NCBI GenBank assembly: GCA_013115125.1
Contig: JABANN010000371.1
Coordinates: 1 to 34,647 of the forward strand
Length of the DNA: 34,647 bases
Direction of reading: 5' to 3'
Origin: Perkinsus olseni
Taxonomy: Eukaryota
Under the pieces are notes generated by a model. It saw nothing but the letters and a program-made list of their open reading frames with translations. It had not been told where the DNA came from and ran no database searches. Position numbers and translations under genes: made by a program. Below are positions 22,074-34,291 of the stretch, one piece after another. Position 1 is the first letter of the stretch, and every line of letters begins with the position of its first letter.

Positions 22074-22931
22074 TACTTCAGGACCACCGATCGAATCCTG
22101 CGACATAATTCTGTAGAGGGACCCATAGCTCGCTGCACGCATCGCTAGCGTCAACGTCTTGCCGACAGTTGATTCTCGCGAGCTGCTCACATGCCATCGA
22201 CATCTCCATCATCATCACCATCACCATCACCTACTCTCCAGGATGTCGAGGGTACCGGAACAGGGTCTCGTCCAGATGAATATCTGCCACCAAATCGATC
22301 AATCGGGCGAGCGCTAACCCGAGAACAGCAGCTTACCTTCGGAGTTGTCTCACTATTATTTTCACACCGTCACTCTTCCTCAGTTGCTTCATCCGCTTCT
22401 GATCCCCATTGCATAAAATACTCAAACATTGCATTGCCAGCCCTCGACACTCCTGAGGCGAAAACAGGCGCCGATCGGTTGATTGTGTAAATGTAGCACA
22501 AAAAATAATTTTTCGATTTCTCGATTTCTGCTAGCGCTGCTGGGAATATCGTAAAACTTTTATTGATATTAAATTTATTATTATATCAAAATAAGAATAC
22601 ATTAGTATAATTTACATGCATTAGTTTATTCTAAAATGCTCCAGAAAATTATGAGTTCGAACCTGCTTCTCAGAAAATAAAATTCCAGTCACTAGGACTG
22701 GCAAAAGTTTCCAGTCCGAAGCCTGAGCTCCGGGCCGCAGGCATAAACTCAGGGCCTTACGAGACAGGCCGGGTCCCCCCGATTCCTAGCCCCGCGGAAG
22801 GCAAACGAAACGAGCCCAGGTAAGTAGTACGCCACTAAAACTGAAACTGACTGGAAGTTAAACTTCTAAACTAGATCTTCTAGCTTCAGTCTGAAAATAC
22901 GATTAACGTTGTCCTCTGTTACTAAGAAGTC

Positions 22932-23637
22932 TTAGCAAGCACCTTCATCAGCCATAATTCTCGCCGGAACAGGCCGGCGATAGGCCGCTTCCACACAGAG
23001 CGCAGCACCGCGATTCGCCGTAGCCGCCATGGCGACGACCTCAGCCAGGTACCGAGTAAGACGCAGGAACTCCCCATCGCAGTCACACAGCCAATCATCC
23101 GCCGCAACAGGCACAACTGCCTCATCCGCCGGAACGAACGTTATGCCGTATTTCGACTTCTGTTCGGGCACTGAAAATGTATCAACTAGGATCTCGACCG
23201 TATCACCCGAGACTGTGGTGGTACGAGTAGCCGCCCACGACTGGCCGTCGGAGAATTTGAACTCTTGCAGCTCAACGAACTCCCCATTCTTCAATCTCGA
23301 CACCATCTTGATCGGTGGGATGAGACTGGACGGTATACTACAGCCCAACTTGGCCGTCAGCTTCTCAAGCAACTCCTTGAAGTCGACGACTCGCTGCTTC
23401 GCAGTTGACTTCCAGGCTTTCACAGCGGCTAAAGCAATGCATCGGTCCAGTTCGTTGGCCACAGCCACAGCACTGGGCCAGTGCCACTGGCCACTGGCCA
23501 CCAGTAACTGGCGAACAGCGGCTTCATCCTCGACACTGCCGAGGATGGCGGTAGCCCTAGCGGCCCAGAACTCCTTATCGCGCTTCGAGACCACCAGAAG
23601 ACTGAGGCCGGCCACGGACTTTCGTAGAGCTTCCATC
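22932..23637 (-). mobile_element. gag-like ORF of a second YR (DIRS/Ngaro-type) retroelement, no pol downstream
   Basis: Intronless ORF (open frame extends to 23915). It contains IPPIKMVSRLKNGEFVELQEF, resembling the KI..GEFVDL gag motif, and LTRYLAEVVAMAATANRGAALCVEAAYRR, resembling LWSYQMTISMTAARKHVEARCVE of the 6.2-kb gag. Confidence 0.55.
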
Positions 23638-24189
23638 ACCAGTGACCACTGCCTCGAATATCTTGTTGACGATGTCTTGATCACACATGGCGCAGACAAC
23701 AAACTACCACACGGGAACAGCGAAACGCACGGTCCCGACGCCAGGGCTCCCACGCCCTGCAGACCCCTCCGGCACCACATCGAGGAGAGGGCGTGGTCAT
23801 CGGGAAAGGCCACAGGCAAGAGTCGCCACAACTCGGCCAACCAAGCCCGAACTTGAAAAAAGGCCCTTCTGCAAGGCGAGAGAGGAGGATCATTAAAGGC
23901 CCTACCACCACTCAAGGATCACCAGTAACTGTAGCTGGAAACCGGCGCACCGGTAGCACACAACATTCGTCCCTGCCTGCGCGGGCGGTTGTCTCCCCTG
24001 CGTCCACGGAATTTCACATCAGATTGGACATAGCCTCATTTTGCACGTTGCAAACAACGGCAACATGGACTCATCAGTGCAGATGCACCCGTAAAAGCGA
24101 GGAGTTGTGAAGTGATACAACTGCACACTGTAACGCGCGCTCAACGCCAAAACGCGCACTGCACATTACTGCGTTAGAAAAACGCGTTT

Positions 24190-27100
24190 AACACAACAAC
24201 ACGGGTGCAACTCCAGTGTACCCATCAGCGACTAACTGACCGAGCCGCCGGGCAGGATTGCTATTTTCCTCCGCCCCCTCCCCGCTTACTTGCGGTACAA
24301 TCCCCCTGTTCATGTCATCATCATCAGTGAGACTGATCACAGGCGGGCTGTTGATGGTCGGAAGATCCTCTACGGATGAAGGCTGCGGCGGCTGGTTGAC
24401 CATCGGCGGCAAAGCGTCTGAAGATAGACACGACTCATCTACGTACTACTATACTAAGAGCAGTCGGAACCCACCAGGGCGCGCGAGATCACTTCAAGCG
24501 CAGTAAAATAACAACATAAAGCACCATAATGATGACAATTCTCACCTGAGCGTTTCTCGAAGTCGCCATCAGCTGCGATGATACCGCAAAGGAGTGGTAT
24601 AGCTTCGGCAGCGGCCTCTTGCTTCCCGTCTAATCCCACAAACTCGAGCCCTGCCAAAAATACAGGATCACGCCAACTACAGGAAAAACAGAGGAAAAAA
24701 ATACCAAACATAAAATTTTTTCCTCGGTGCATTGAACAAGATCCTCGGAGCCATGCACTGGGATCTAGTTGTGCCAACCACTGACGCACCAATAATCGTT
24801 TGGGTGAGAAATTCCGTCTAAAACGCCGGCTGGCAGGCTACCAAATCAATACTGCCCCCTAGTTTCTCCTACCGCCGATTCCGAAATGCTTGCCTCGCCA
24901 AGCATCATGGGAACTTCTCAAAAGAACCGTCCTCAAAGCAAATAATAGTCTAACGATAGCAAATAATCGTTTGAGTGATAAATTCCGCATAAATCGTCCG
25001 CAATCGACAATTAATATTTTTCAATAATCGTCCTAAGACTTTCTCAAACCGCCGAACCATCTTACCAATCATCAGCGCACTCAAGGACTTCCTCAAAAGA
25101 TCTGATTTTTTACGATAGCTAATCATGTCCCCACTGATCCCTCCAGAACGTAATTCGGAAGCCAATCCTCGTACAAAGCGTAGCAGCACGCTCACACCAC
25201 ACGCCTGAACATGAAATCTTGCAATCTTGCAAACTCTCGCAGTTTCTCAATGACGAAGTAACGAGAATCTTTCTCGCTTCGCTTACATCCGCAAAGGCTC
25301 TCCTCAGCCCCACATCTCCCTCCAGTAGACGGGAGAGTGCCGAAAAGGCAGCATCTTCGAGCCTTGTCGCGTACTCGGTTGAACCTCCGGATACGTCACC
25401 ACCTGCTAATGTTGCCAGTAGTGTTTTGACAAAACCTGGCAGTAGTGCACAGAGTCAGTGCTGAAAGAGCGGAAAATGAATACTCAGCAGAAATTTTCCG
25501 AGATTTTCGGAATTCAACCGAATGAACTACTGAAAATTATGCAAAAAAATATAAAATCTATATTAATGACACAAAATAAGAATGAAGGATAGTAGATTCA
25601 TCAATACTCCATCATCAGCAATTATTGATTTTCATTTTCCGCGTGCCACCTTTCAGCAGTAAAAAATCCATTCCCGAATCGTCTTCGACTTTCGGAAGGA
25701 TTTCGACAAACCAATACTCTCACGAGAAGCCAAGTCTCTCCACCGTTCTTCCCACGTTCTTAGTCAAAATTCCGATTCGTAAAATTTCGGAGTTTTACTC
25801 ACCAAAATTCTCAGCTTCCTCAGCACACTGCTCATCACTGCTAGCAGCCAAAGCTGTCGCGCGCCACGAAATTATTCGAAATTGGACATCTTCGGCAGAA
25901 CCCATCCTGCCGGCTCGCAAGGAGCTGATGTCAAATATCGTCTGAAAAAACAGCAGCGAGGGCTGGTCCGAAGTCACCGTCACCGCGCCACGAAATTCTC
26001 ATGATCGCCGACCTGTGGATTCGTGAGCGGCTTTAGATGGCGGACTCGCTGTTGCGCCAACTCCCTCATTCGGTTGTAATCCGCGGGGCTCTCCACAATC
26101 TTCGTCCAGAATAGTAGCAGCGACAGCAGGCCCGACGAGGCGAGCTGCTGATGAATCTTCGCACTCTGAAGATCTTTATCGAACCGCTAACTGGCGGATT
26201 GAAATTTGCAAAAAGGGAGATCTGTAGTTCTTGTACGAAAACGATTGTCAGGCAGGAAATGCCTGCCGCAGGCATTTCCTGCTGGCCTACTATGTCGATT
26301 CTTGCCAGGAATGCAAATTTTTTTACAAATTTTCCCCATTTTCTCGGTAGATTTTCCAGGCCAAGAAGACCTACGACACCGAGACTAACGTGCCAGTCTG
26401 TGAGAAGACGAGTGGGACAATGTCCGGAAACTCCGATCGTGGAGCCCCTGCTGGTGATTAGCAATCATGAAGCGACAAGAGGAAAGGGGACTCGTCGCGA
26501 CACCCGCTGCCACGTCCGTATAGCGAGAAGCTCATCATGGCGACTCCGATTCAGCTTACCCCATTCTCAATGATCAGCATCACGATGGCCGCCAGGTCAT
26601 TCCGGCATATCTTATATTTTACCGCAGAGAATGATACGAGCTCATTGAGAATGTCAGAGACAACCTAAGGTATGCCGTCCCCCAGGCAGCCCAATGTCGA
26701 CCTACTTCGAAAAAATCCGCGCTGCCACAGGCAGCCGACGCATTAACAGCATCGAGCTCGAGGAAGGTCCCAAGAAGCTCCGTCGCAACTAGGACCACCT
26801 ACAAGGAGCAGCGGAGCATTTTCCGAGACAAGTGCCCCAACACAGATTGCTGTGAGCAGCAGCAGCAGCAGCAGCCCGGCTGGGAACTCCCCTAGTGCTA
26901 CATAGTTTGACGACGGAAAGGGTCGAGGGGAATTATCAAGAGGCGAGATTAGTAGAGGTGAGCTTCCTAGAAGAACTAATATCATCTTCATGAGAATGTC
27001 TTTTTGCAATGAGATAGAGTTGCCGTGTATTCCTGCAGCTAGTATCTCAGGGTGAGCTAGTCTGAGACACTGCAGTCTCATATTGTTGAGTATTGTTGAA

Positions 27101-28956
27101 GACCAACAATCCAGTCCGAGTTGAGGTATAGTGAGTAGCGACAACATTCGCTACGATTCGCTTAGACGGGAGGGGGATGCTTCTCATGGACAATTTTCCA
27201 ATTTTCTTCAGAGTTTTCAGGAACATCAGAGATGTTTTTCGATAGCAAAGGAGCCGCCGAGGTAATACCCAATCATAGTACCCGCTAGGATCTTGTTTTA
27301 AAACCATCATTGCAACGGCGAAGAAGCTCTCGCGAGATTATACACGACTTCTCACCTCGCCCGTCTTATGCAGGTTAACTCTCAGGAGACGAACGACGAG
27401 GATGGGCAGACCGAGATTGACAAGCCTCTCACAGAGCGGACGAAAAACAGCTAAGTCGCGAAACATAAGGAGCATCTTCACGGCCTGAAAACAGCTGGAG
27501 GTGTCAGAAAGCGAAGACCAGCGACACAGCTGCTCACCACAGATGGCTCAGTCTCTCTTCTAAATTCTTCCACGAGCTGATCGAGAACGTCACGCGCCTC
27601 AAAAATAACTCTGAGATTTGCGGTCCCGGTCGCGGCGAGGACGCTTCGAGCGGCTTCTTGCGATACCTCCCTTTCCGCAACTTCCGACTGACCCGTCCTG
27701 AAACCCACCGCGAAGAGCACGGCAATTTCGTGGCGCGTGACGGAAGCCGTGGTGGAGGTGGAATCTCACTTTGCCAGAGCGGTCATAAATTCTGCAATAA
27801 CTGAGCGAAGGTTCTTCTTGCCCTCAGCCACCTCGGGGGTGTCCTGATAATTGAGGAATAAGTTATGTGAAATACACAGGGAGAATTGTGGAGGAACTCA
27901 GCCGAATTTAACTTCATGAAAGAACATGCTTCATGCCGCGTATCCAATACACGCATAAGGCCAATCACCAACGACCCTCAGTGGAAAGACCCGACGAGTT
28001 TCAAATCTAAAATCTCGGGAAATCACAGTTTTCTCTTGGTGAATAATTTCTCGTCCGCTCATTATGCGCCGATCGCATTGTGCATGCGTGCATAGCTGAT
28101 GCTCCGGCCCGCGAATAGAACTAGGTAAAAGACTTTACACTCCTTCTCGCCCCGCGTTGACTATGAGGAACAACGAAGAAGCAACAGAGTCGCAAGAATG
28201 CTCTCGCCAAATTGTTGCGCCGATCCTCTTGTGCATGCGTGCAAGCTGATTCCTCTTCAGAGAGAAAGCTTAGCAAGCAGGAAAACTTTACACTCCTTCT
28301 CGCCTTGCGTTGACGATGAGCAACAGCGAAGAAGCAACAGCTACTCTTACGGAAGCGCGCGGACGATCCCTCGCTCACTTCCCCAGCAGCACTGGCAGTG
28401 GGCAGCACGCAAGTTCCGACAGCTTCGACAAGCCTTGGCAGCTCCCTTCCATATACCATAACATCCGACGCCTTCTCAGAAATGAACGGACGGCAGCAGT
28501 TTCCCAGAAGCTGGAGAGATCAGGGCCACAATTTCGTGGCGCGCGACATTTTCTCAGCGCTCACTTGCCGGATCGCGTTGAGAATTTCGACTTCCCGTCG
28601 ATCGTCAAATAACTTGACCAACCTCTCCAAGAGCTCGGTCAAATCGGACAGTTCCGAATAGCGCCATCCTTCACTTCGACTGAAATGACCGCGCGCCACG
28701 AAATTACCCAAGGCCAGCAACATGACGCGACCCACCTCGAAGCGATGTACTCGGCAACCTCCACATGCCTCTCGAGGAGACCTGCTGTGTGAGGCGCTTC
28801 CAACTGGAAGAAGATGAGATCAAAAGTCGGGTGGTGGCCTCGAACGACGGAGGACATAGGTGGACTGGGCGGCACTGCGGCGAGGGACGTTGCAGTAAGA
28901 ACGAATCTTTGGATGGTTGCGCTCGAAACGAGGCTTCCGCTGAGACGCATCATCAT
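24190..28956 (-). CDS. Large multi-exon hypothetical protein, alpha-helical (HEAT/ARM-like) composition
   Basis: Series of co-oriented exon-like blocks ending at GT donors: LSDLTELLERLVKLFDDRREVEILNAIRQ|gtgagc, LLGNCC...SAAGE|gtgagc, EAENF|gtgagt, FEKRS|gtgaga, IVPQ|gtaagc. Start, end and exon chain are approximate. Confidence 0.5.
28065..28340. repeat. Imperfect ~150-bp tandem duplication
   Basis: gcgccgatc..tgtgcatgcgtgca.agctgat...actttacactccttctcgcc..gcgttgac.atgag.aaca.cgaagaagcaacag occurs twice (~28066 and ~28217). Confidence 0.85.
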
Positions 28957-29199
28957 AGCTCTGAGATTAGAGAGCTCAAATGAATGGAATTGGTTTGCTG
29001 ATACTTGTTATTGATAGTGTTGACCAAGAAGCATCATTCTCTTGCTCCAATCGATGCCTATGCACCCATCACGTATCTTAGGTTTATCATGGGTAAACAC
29101 GAATTCTCCGTCCCTCCGATATTCCAATATTAGATTGAATCAGTAACAGTAACTCAAAAAGCAAGTTAATAAGGAAGCGTGATCACGTCATGGTGAGTG

Positions 29200-31000
29200 A
29201 ACGAAAGTCGAAGTCGCCAGCACGCGGGTCGATACTTTGCATGAGCTCCTCCAAACTCCGTCGAGTCTCCTGCCAATTATCTTCTCGGAGCCTGGGAGAG
29301 CTGAAAGGAGACGGACGCTATAGTCCTCACTATCAGCAAATTCTTCGTTGGTAGCGCGTAAATACCTTGCTCGCTATCCTTTCAATGGCGTAGAGTGATG
29401 ACCCGCGGACGAGCAAGGCCTCCAATTTCCCCGTAAAATTCATTTTTTTTCACCTCGTACCACAGTCCTGTAGGTGAGATACTCATGCCGCTAGCAAGCC
29501 TCCCTTGCTCCGAGAACGACCTACGTTGACTGCCGCGCTGGCGAAGGAAGTCCGTGAGACATGGCCCCGGCGATGATCTCGATCCATCAGTCTCCAGTGA
29601 TGTGTGACATTTTCACTCTAGTTGGTTTTGGTTTTTGCTTTAATATCGCGAGATGATTCAATGGCAATTCACCCAAATCTAATCTGGTCAGATATTTTTA
29701 TGCTCCATACTATGGAGTCCATAGCCTGTGCCAATTTCCCAAAACCATAATTTTCGCCTGGACTGCTAGCTATCATCACACAACTTCCTCAGCACGAGAA
29801 AACCCCCACGAGATGCCATCTCACAATCGGTCATCAATAGCTTCCCACCTCTCAAAATTGGAACTGATGTCGTTTTTCGGAGTACTGCTATCGATCATGA
29901 TCATCTCTTGTGGGCGATGAACAGTCAATGGCCGCTTGAAGTCACAACTCTCATGCAGCACCGATTTCCTGTAAAACAAGGATCAACCTCGGATACGACC
30001 GGGCGGAATACGCTGCTAGCGGAAGCCAATATTTCTTAATGAGGAGGCAGCAGCAGCAGCAGCAGCCACTATGATGCCACATGCAATAATAATGAGGCAG
30101 CCATTGACGATACTGTTGAGCAGCCTGTCCTAATCAGCTCAGCAAGCGAAGACAGAAGAATTGTCGGTAGCCCAGGGGTACGTTGCGCCAGTCATAGGAT
30201 TCACTTGTGTAGCGTCAAAGTTAACGTTTCTTACACAGGAGTTGTCGAGTCGGCTGGCTGGCTTGTCGACCGGGAACGCTCACTGGCACACCTTGCAGGA
30301 GAGTATCTCAACCGTCGCGCGCCACAAAATTACCGCTGCAGTTGCCTCTCCAATATGAAAATCCGATGATGAGCATCTCGCAGTTGTCCCCGCAGTAAAA
30401 GATTCTCTTCCACCACACCTAAGCGGTGACATCGACTTTTCTTTACGCCTAATTTCGCCACGAAATTTCCGTGGCGCGTGACAGATCTTTGCCCAAACCC
30501 ATGGTGGGGACCTCTTAGTGCTGCGTCTGGCCTCCGCTTCCTTGGAGTCCTCTCCTTGCCGGGATCTTCAGCGGACTGGGGCTGTTGAAAACGATAATCT
30601 GAAGGTGTTCCCGGAGATAGAACATACTGTGCTTCTCTCCACCAAATTTCTACCCTTGCCACATCAAAATTCAATTTTCCCATAATTCATCGCTATCTAT
30701 GGCAATCCTTCAGAGAACCGGCAGAATGGTCGCCAAATTTCCGCAATACTTCTCCTACGATCCGCAGCTGCGCACACGGAGCAATCTGCTGTCGTCCGAC
30801 AGCCCGCGTTACTACGAAGATCCCGAGCACTATCATGCGCTCCTTCACCGGGTGACAATCAGCAGCGCAAAGGTCGTTTGAGCCGGTATAACTGATTTCT
30901 CACCCGAGAACTCATCCCCGGCCATCGTATACTACCATTCGCATCGCCACCCTTCATAGTTTCCCTGGTCGCTGAGCGGCTCATCGGCGGTTGGCGATTC
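29200..31000 (+). CDS. Putative multi-exon hypothetical protein, divergent from the 24-29 kb gene
   Basis: Exon-like blocks cag|LPLQYENPMMSISQLSP|gtaaa, cag|IFAQTHGGDLLVLRLAS...DNLK|gt and ...YYEDPEHYHALLHR|gtgac. The model is unresolved. Confidence 0.3.
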
Positions 31001-32034
31001 ACTCTCTCCAAAAAGCTGTCTATAACCCCTTCTGTGTCACACGCAACGCTCTCGTGACGCGCCATAATATTCAAAGAGGATTTACTGCGACCAGCAGGGT
31101 CCAGAAGGGCTTCCACCTAAATAGGACTAACGGAGTCAGAGTGATTGCTGCGGGAATCGGGATGGTGCCCGTAGTTGTATCGGAGAAAACAAGAATAATG
31201 TTCAAGACAGTTTGACTCTAGCCTGGTAGCACAAAATTGAAGATGTCGATCGAATCGTTATTTGGCCTAGTGCGCGTGGACTTCAATTTTCATATTCCAA
31301 TCGCCCTTAGTGTGCCACCGGGACGAGTACCACCTTTTCCCATCTTCTCAAAGACCACACGACATGCCTTTGCAGAGGTGTGAGATCCTCTTTGGAAGGG
31401 GCCTTATCGAGAGGTGTCAGAAAGTGACCTAAGTTGATCGGCCGGTAAACCCACCAGCTGCTTCTGCTGTTGTGTACCAGTGACGCAGCCTTGTTTCAGT
31501 AGGAGAGCATAGTGGTTCCGAGTCTGTTGCAATGAGACTTGCCGTCCGCACTGGTGTGCTCGGAGACGCTGTAACCACAGACTAGCGCGAACCTGCAGAT
31601 CCCAAGTTATATAGCCTAATAGCCAACTTCATCTTGAAATCTGCAGTAATCCAGAATGATATTCTATTAAGTAACATCAAGTATGACTCATCATAGTGTC
31701 AAGGAACGTGACAACGCAGGCTAACGCTTTGATAAAGTCAAGATCATACGGTATGATCTCGGGAGGGTTGGTATGATTCATACCAACCCTCCCGTGTACG
31801 AGCGCAGCGAATTGACTTGCTCGCTGGTATCTTACTTTTGCGTGTCGTTCATGGGCCGACCTCGGCTTCCACCGCCCCAGGAGTCTCTCGACGTCTCTCG
31901 TTAAGGCTTTGAAATCTACATCAAGTTGAACGCTATGAGGTCGTTTAGAGCTGACGATGGTGGGAGATAGGACAGCATGACCGGACATAGACGAGAGGCC
32001 CACAACTACGAGAGCTGTTCTAACCCTCACTGCG

Positions 32035-32084
<50 letters not shown>
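32035..32084. repeat. (ATC)16 microsatellite
   Basis: Perfect trinucleotide run. It produces the artefactual poly-Met ORF start. Confidence 0.97.
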
Positions 32085-32139
32085 GTCTCGCTCAGCAAAG
32101 TTAAAAATCTATTTTGATAGAAAGTGTATGATGAGTTTG

Positions 32140-32495
32140 AGATAAGGTCCTCAACACCTACACCGACAACCACAGGACGGCCTCTGCTTCGAACAGCCGA
32201 TGTGACGACACTCTCCCAGAATTCAGGAAGACACTCCCGCTGCTCGCTCACTGCAACGATCATCACCGGGAGTATAGCGAAGCCAAAAGGGAAAGACTTA
32301 CCGATGTATGCTTTTACAGCTTCAGAATGCGTCACGCGAGCACATCTCGTTCAAGTTGAGCGTTCAAGTTGAACGGTTCAACACAGTTTGAGATCTACTT
32401 GGAAAGTTGTCCTCAGCACCTATACCAACAGCCGACAGGACGGCCTCTGGTTCAAACAGCTGGGATGCTATTATCGCAGAATTCAGGAAGTGACG
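32140..32495. repeat. Degenerate ~260-bp tandem duplication
   Basis: acaggacggcctctg.ttc.aacagc...cagaattcaggaag at ~32172-32230 and ~32436-32490. Confidence 0.7.
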
Positions 32496-33453
32496 TTCTA
32501 TCGTTAAGAGTCGCCACTGCTAGTTTCAGCTACTGTTTCAGTTCAACTGTACCGAGGAGAGTCGTTGCCGCCGCTGATTGGTCGCGGCAGTAGCAGTGAG
32601 AAGGCTGCTGCCGCGGATACTGTATTACTCGCCAAACAGCCACAATGAGGACGATGGGCTTCGTCATGGATAGTAAGCGAGTGCTGTTGAAAGCAGTACC
32701 AGTCGTGTAGTAGCAGACGACCAATCAGCCCGCTTAGCGAAAGCTGTAAAATCGATCGTGCAGCGCAACTTCGCCTGGGCGAGCGGCAGAGCGGCGGTTA
32801 GAATTCGAAGCGGCCTGAGCTAGGGATGCTCAAAGATGTTCCGCTCTGCCCCGTCCATAGCCAACTTCCCACGATCATAGTGGACGTAGCCAATGGTTAC
32901 TAGCCACCACTAGCAGCAACACTACAAGAGGCGCACTTGAACAGCACATCAACAACCATGATTCATACAAAAAATGAATCCCATTCGATCAATGGGATTC
33001 ATTGATCGAACTTCTCGATCAATGAATCCCGATCGAATCGAACTTCTCGTTCCATGCATGGATCTTACGAAGTCGTTCGTCGTGCGTGTCCCTCAAGAAC
33101 TGCAGGAAGCCTTCAACGCCCTTCTTGTAATTGCGTGGGGGAGTGGGCATGACTGCATCGAATAGCTTCTTGCAATGGATGGTGGGCGTGAGGTAAGACA
33201 GAGCCTTCTTCTTGAGATGGGGAACAGATGGTGGAAAGGATTAACAGATTTGAACTCAGCCTCGAAGTCTCTCGTGGGGCCTTCGGCGCTTTGGAAGCCA
33301 CTCGGAGGGTGGTAGTAAATGCTGGTTTTACTCTCACTACGATCCTCACTTGATCCAAATCTTGGATTCCAAAATCTCATAACGCAAGAACCGAGCACGA
33401 ATATACACAATCGAATCAATCACACTCATGCATGGGACACCTATCTTCGACCT

Positions 33454-34291
33454 TCAGCCTTCGGGTGGTACCTGAAGAGGAATGTCAAGTAAAACAAAAC
33501 CATCACCAAGCGAATTTAAAACTATTTCTTCCTCGGCCTTGTCCACTCTCCAGATGTTCATGCTTCCCTTCCCGTCTTCGGCCGCCAGCGTCAGCTCATT
33601 TACCTGAGAAGGAGGAGCAGGCACATCGAAGCAAGGAGAATCCTTACGAGGCGAGTAAACCAACCACCTCCCATCAACCATACCTTTGGAGTGGGTGGCC
33701 AGCCCAGACCTACCTCTCCCACCAGCCCGCCTAGGCTCCCGACCACCGTGCTTTTGGCACAGTTGTCGGGGGCCTGGGCGGGCAGCGGTGGTACAGCCAT
33801 CCACAGTGCATCTCCTCCCTCCGCCGTGGGCCTTGCAGCGATTGCTGCTGCCCACGGCACTCTTCGTGCAGCTTGGGACCTCGCATCGACGGCCACCACC
33901 GTGGCTGATGCAGTGCGAACTACCGTCGCGAGCCTGAAAAAGAAACACCATCTAATCGAAGAAAGGAAGAAAACTAGAAGGCCGTCGAATTATGCTTACC
34001 TGTTTCAGGCATCCCTGCTTAGCACAGAGCTTCCTCTTGTTTGTCGCCTTCGGTCCGCGAGGAACTGGACCGAGGCCAATCTTGACGCGATTTACCTGCA
34101 TAAGTCGCAAATTTAAATGTATCAAGAGATACCTGGGGTTTGGTTGCATCTCGCTCGCCCGTAAGTTCACGGTTTCGCGCCACTTCGGGCGAGCGCGATT
34201 TAGGATGCGCGGATTTGCCCCTTCCGCGTGCGTGCAAGATTCCCGAACTGTATCTTGTAGACTCAGTGGATTCTACTGCTAAGGGACGCAT
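33454..34291 (-). CDS. GGGRRC zinc-finger-repeat protein (WRKY19-like repeats without a WRKY domain)
   Basis: Splicing out introns 34096-34132 and 33934-33999 gives RKLCAKQGCLKQ/ARDGSSHCISHGGGRRCEVPSCTKSAVGSSNRCKAHGGGRRCTVDGCTTAARPGPRQLCQKHGG, three C-x4-C-x10/11-C-x2-H repeats. The 5' end is uncertain and a further 3' intron is possible. Confidence 0.8.

Noticed and set aside
23029-23856. 275-aa plus-strand ORF
   Set aside because: Ser/Thr/Ala-rich antisense shadow of the gag-like ORF.
31677-32084. Poly-methionine protein
   Set aside because: Artefact of the (ATC)16 microsatellite.
32353-32380. Short 6-7 bp palindromes (here, ~22854, ~23470)
   Set aside because: A few arms of this length are expected by chance in 35 kb, so they were not counted as independent evidence.
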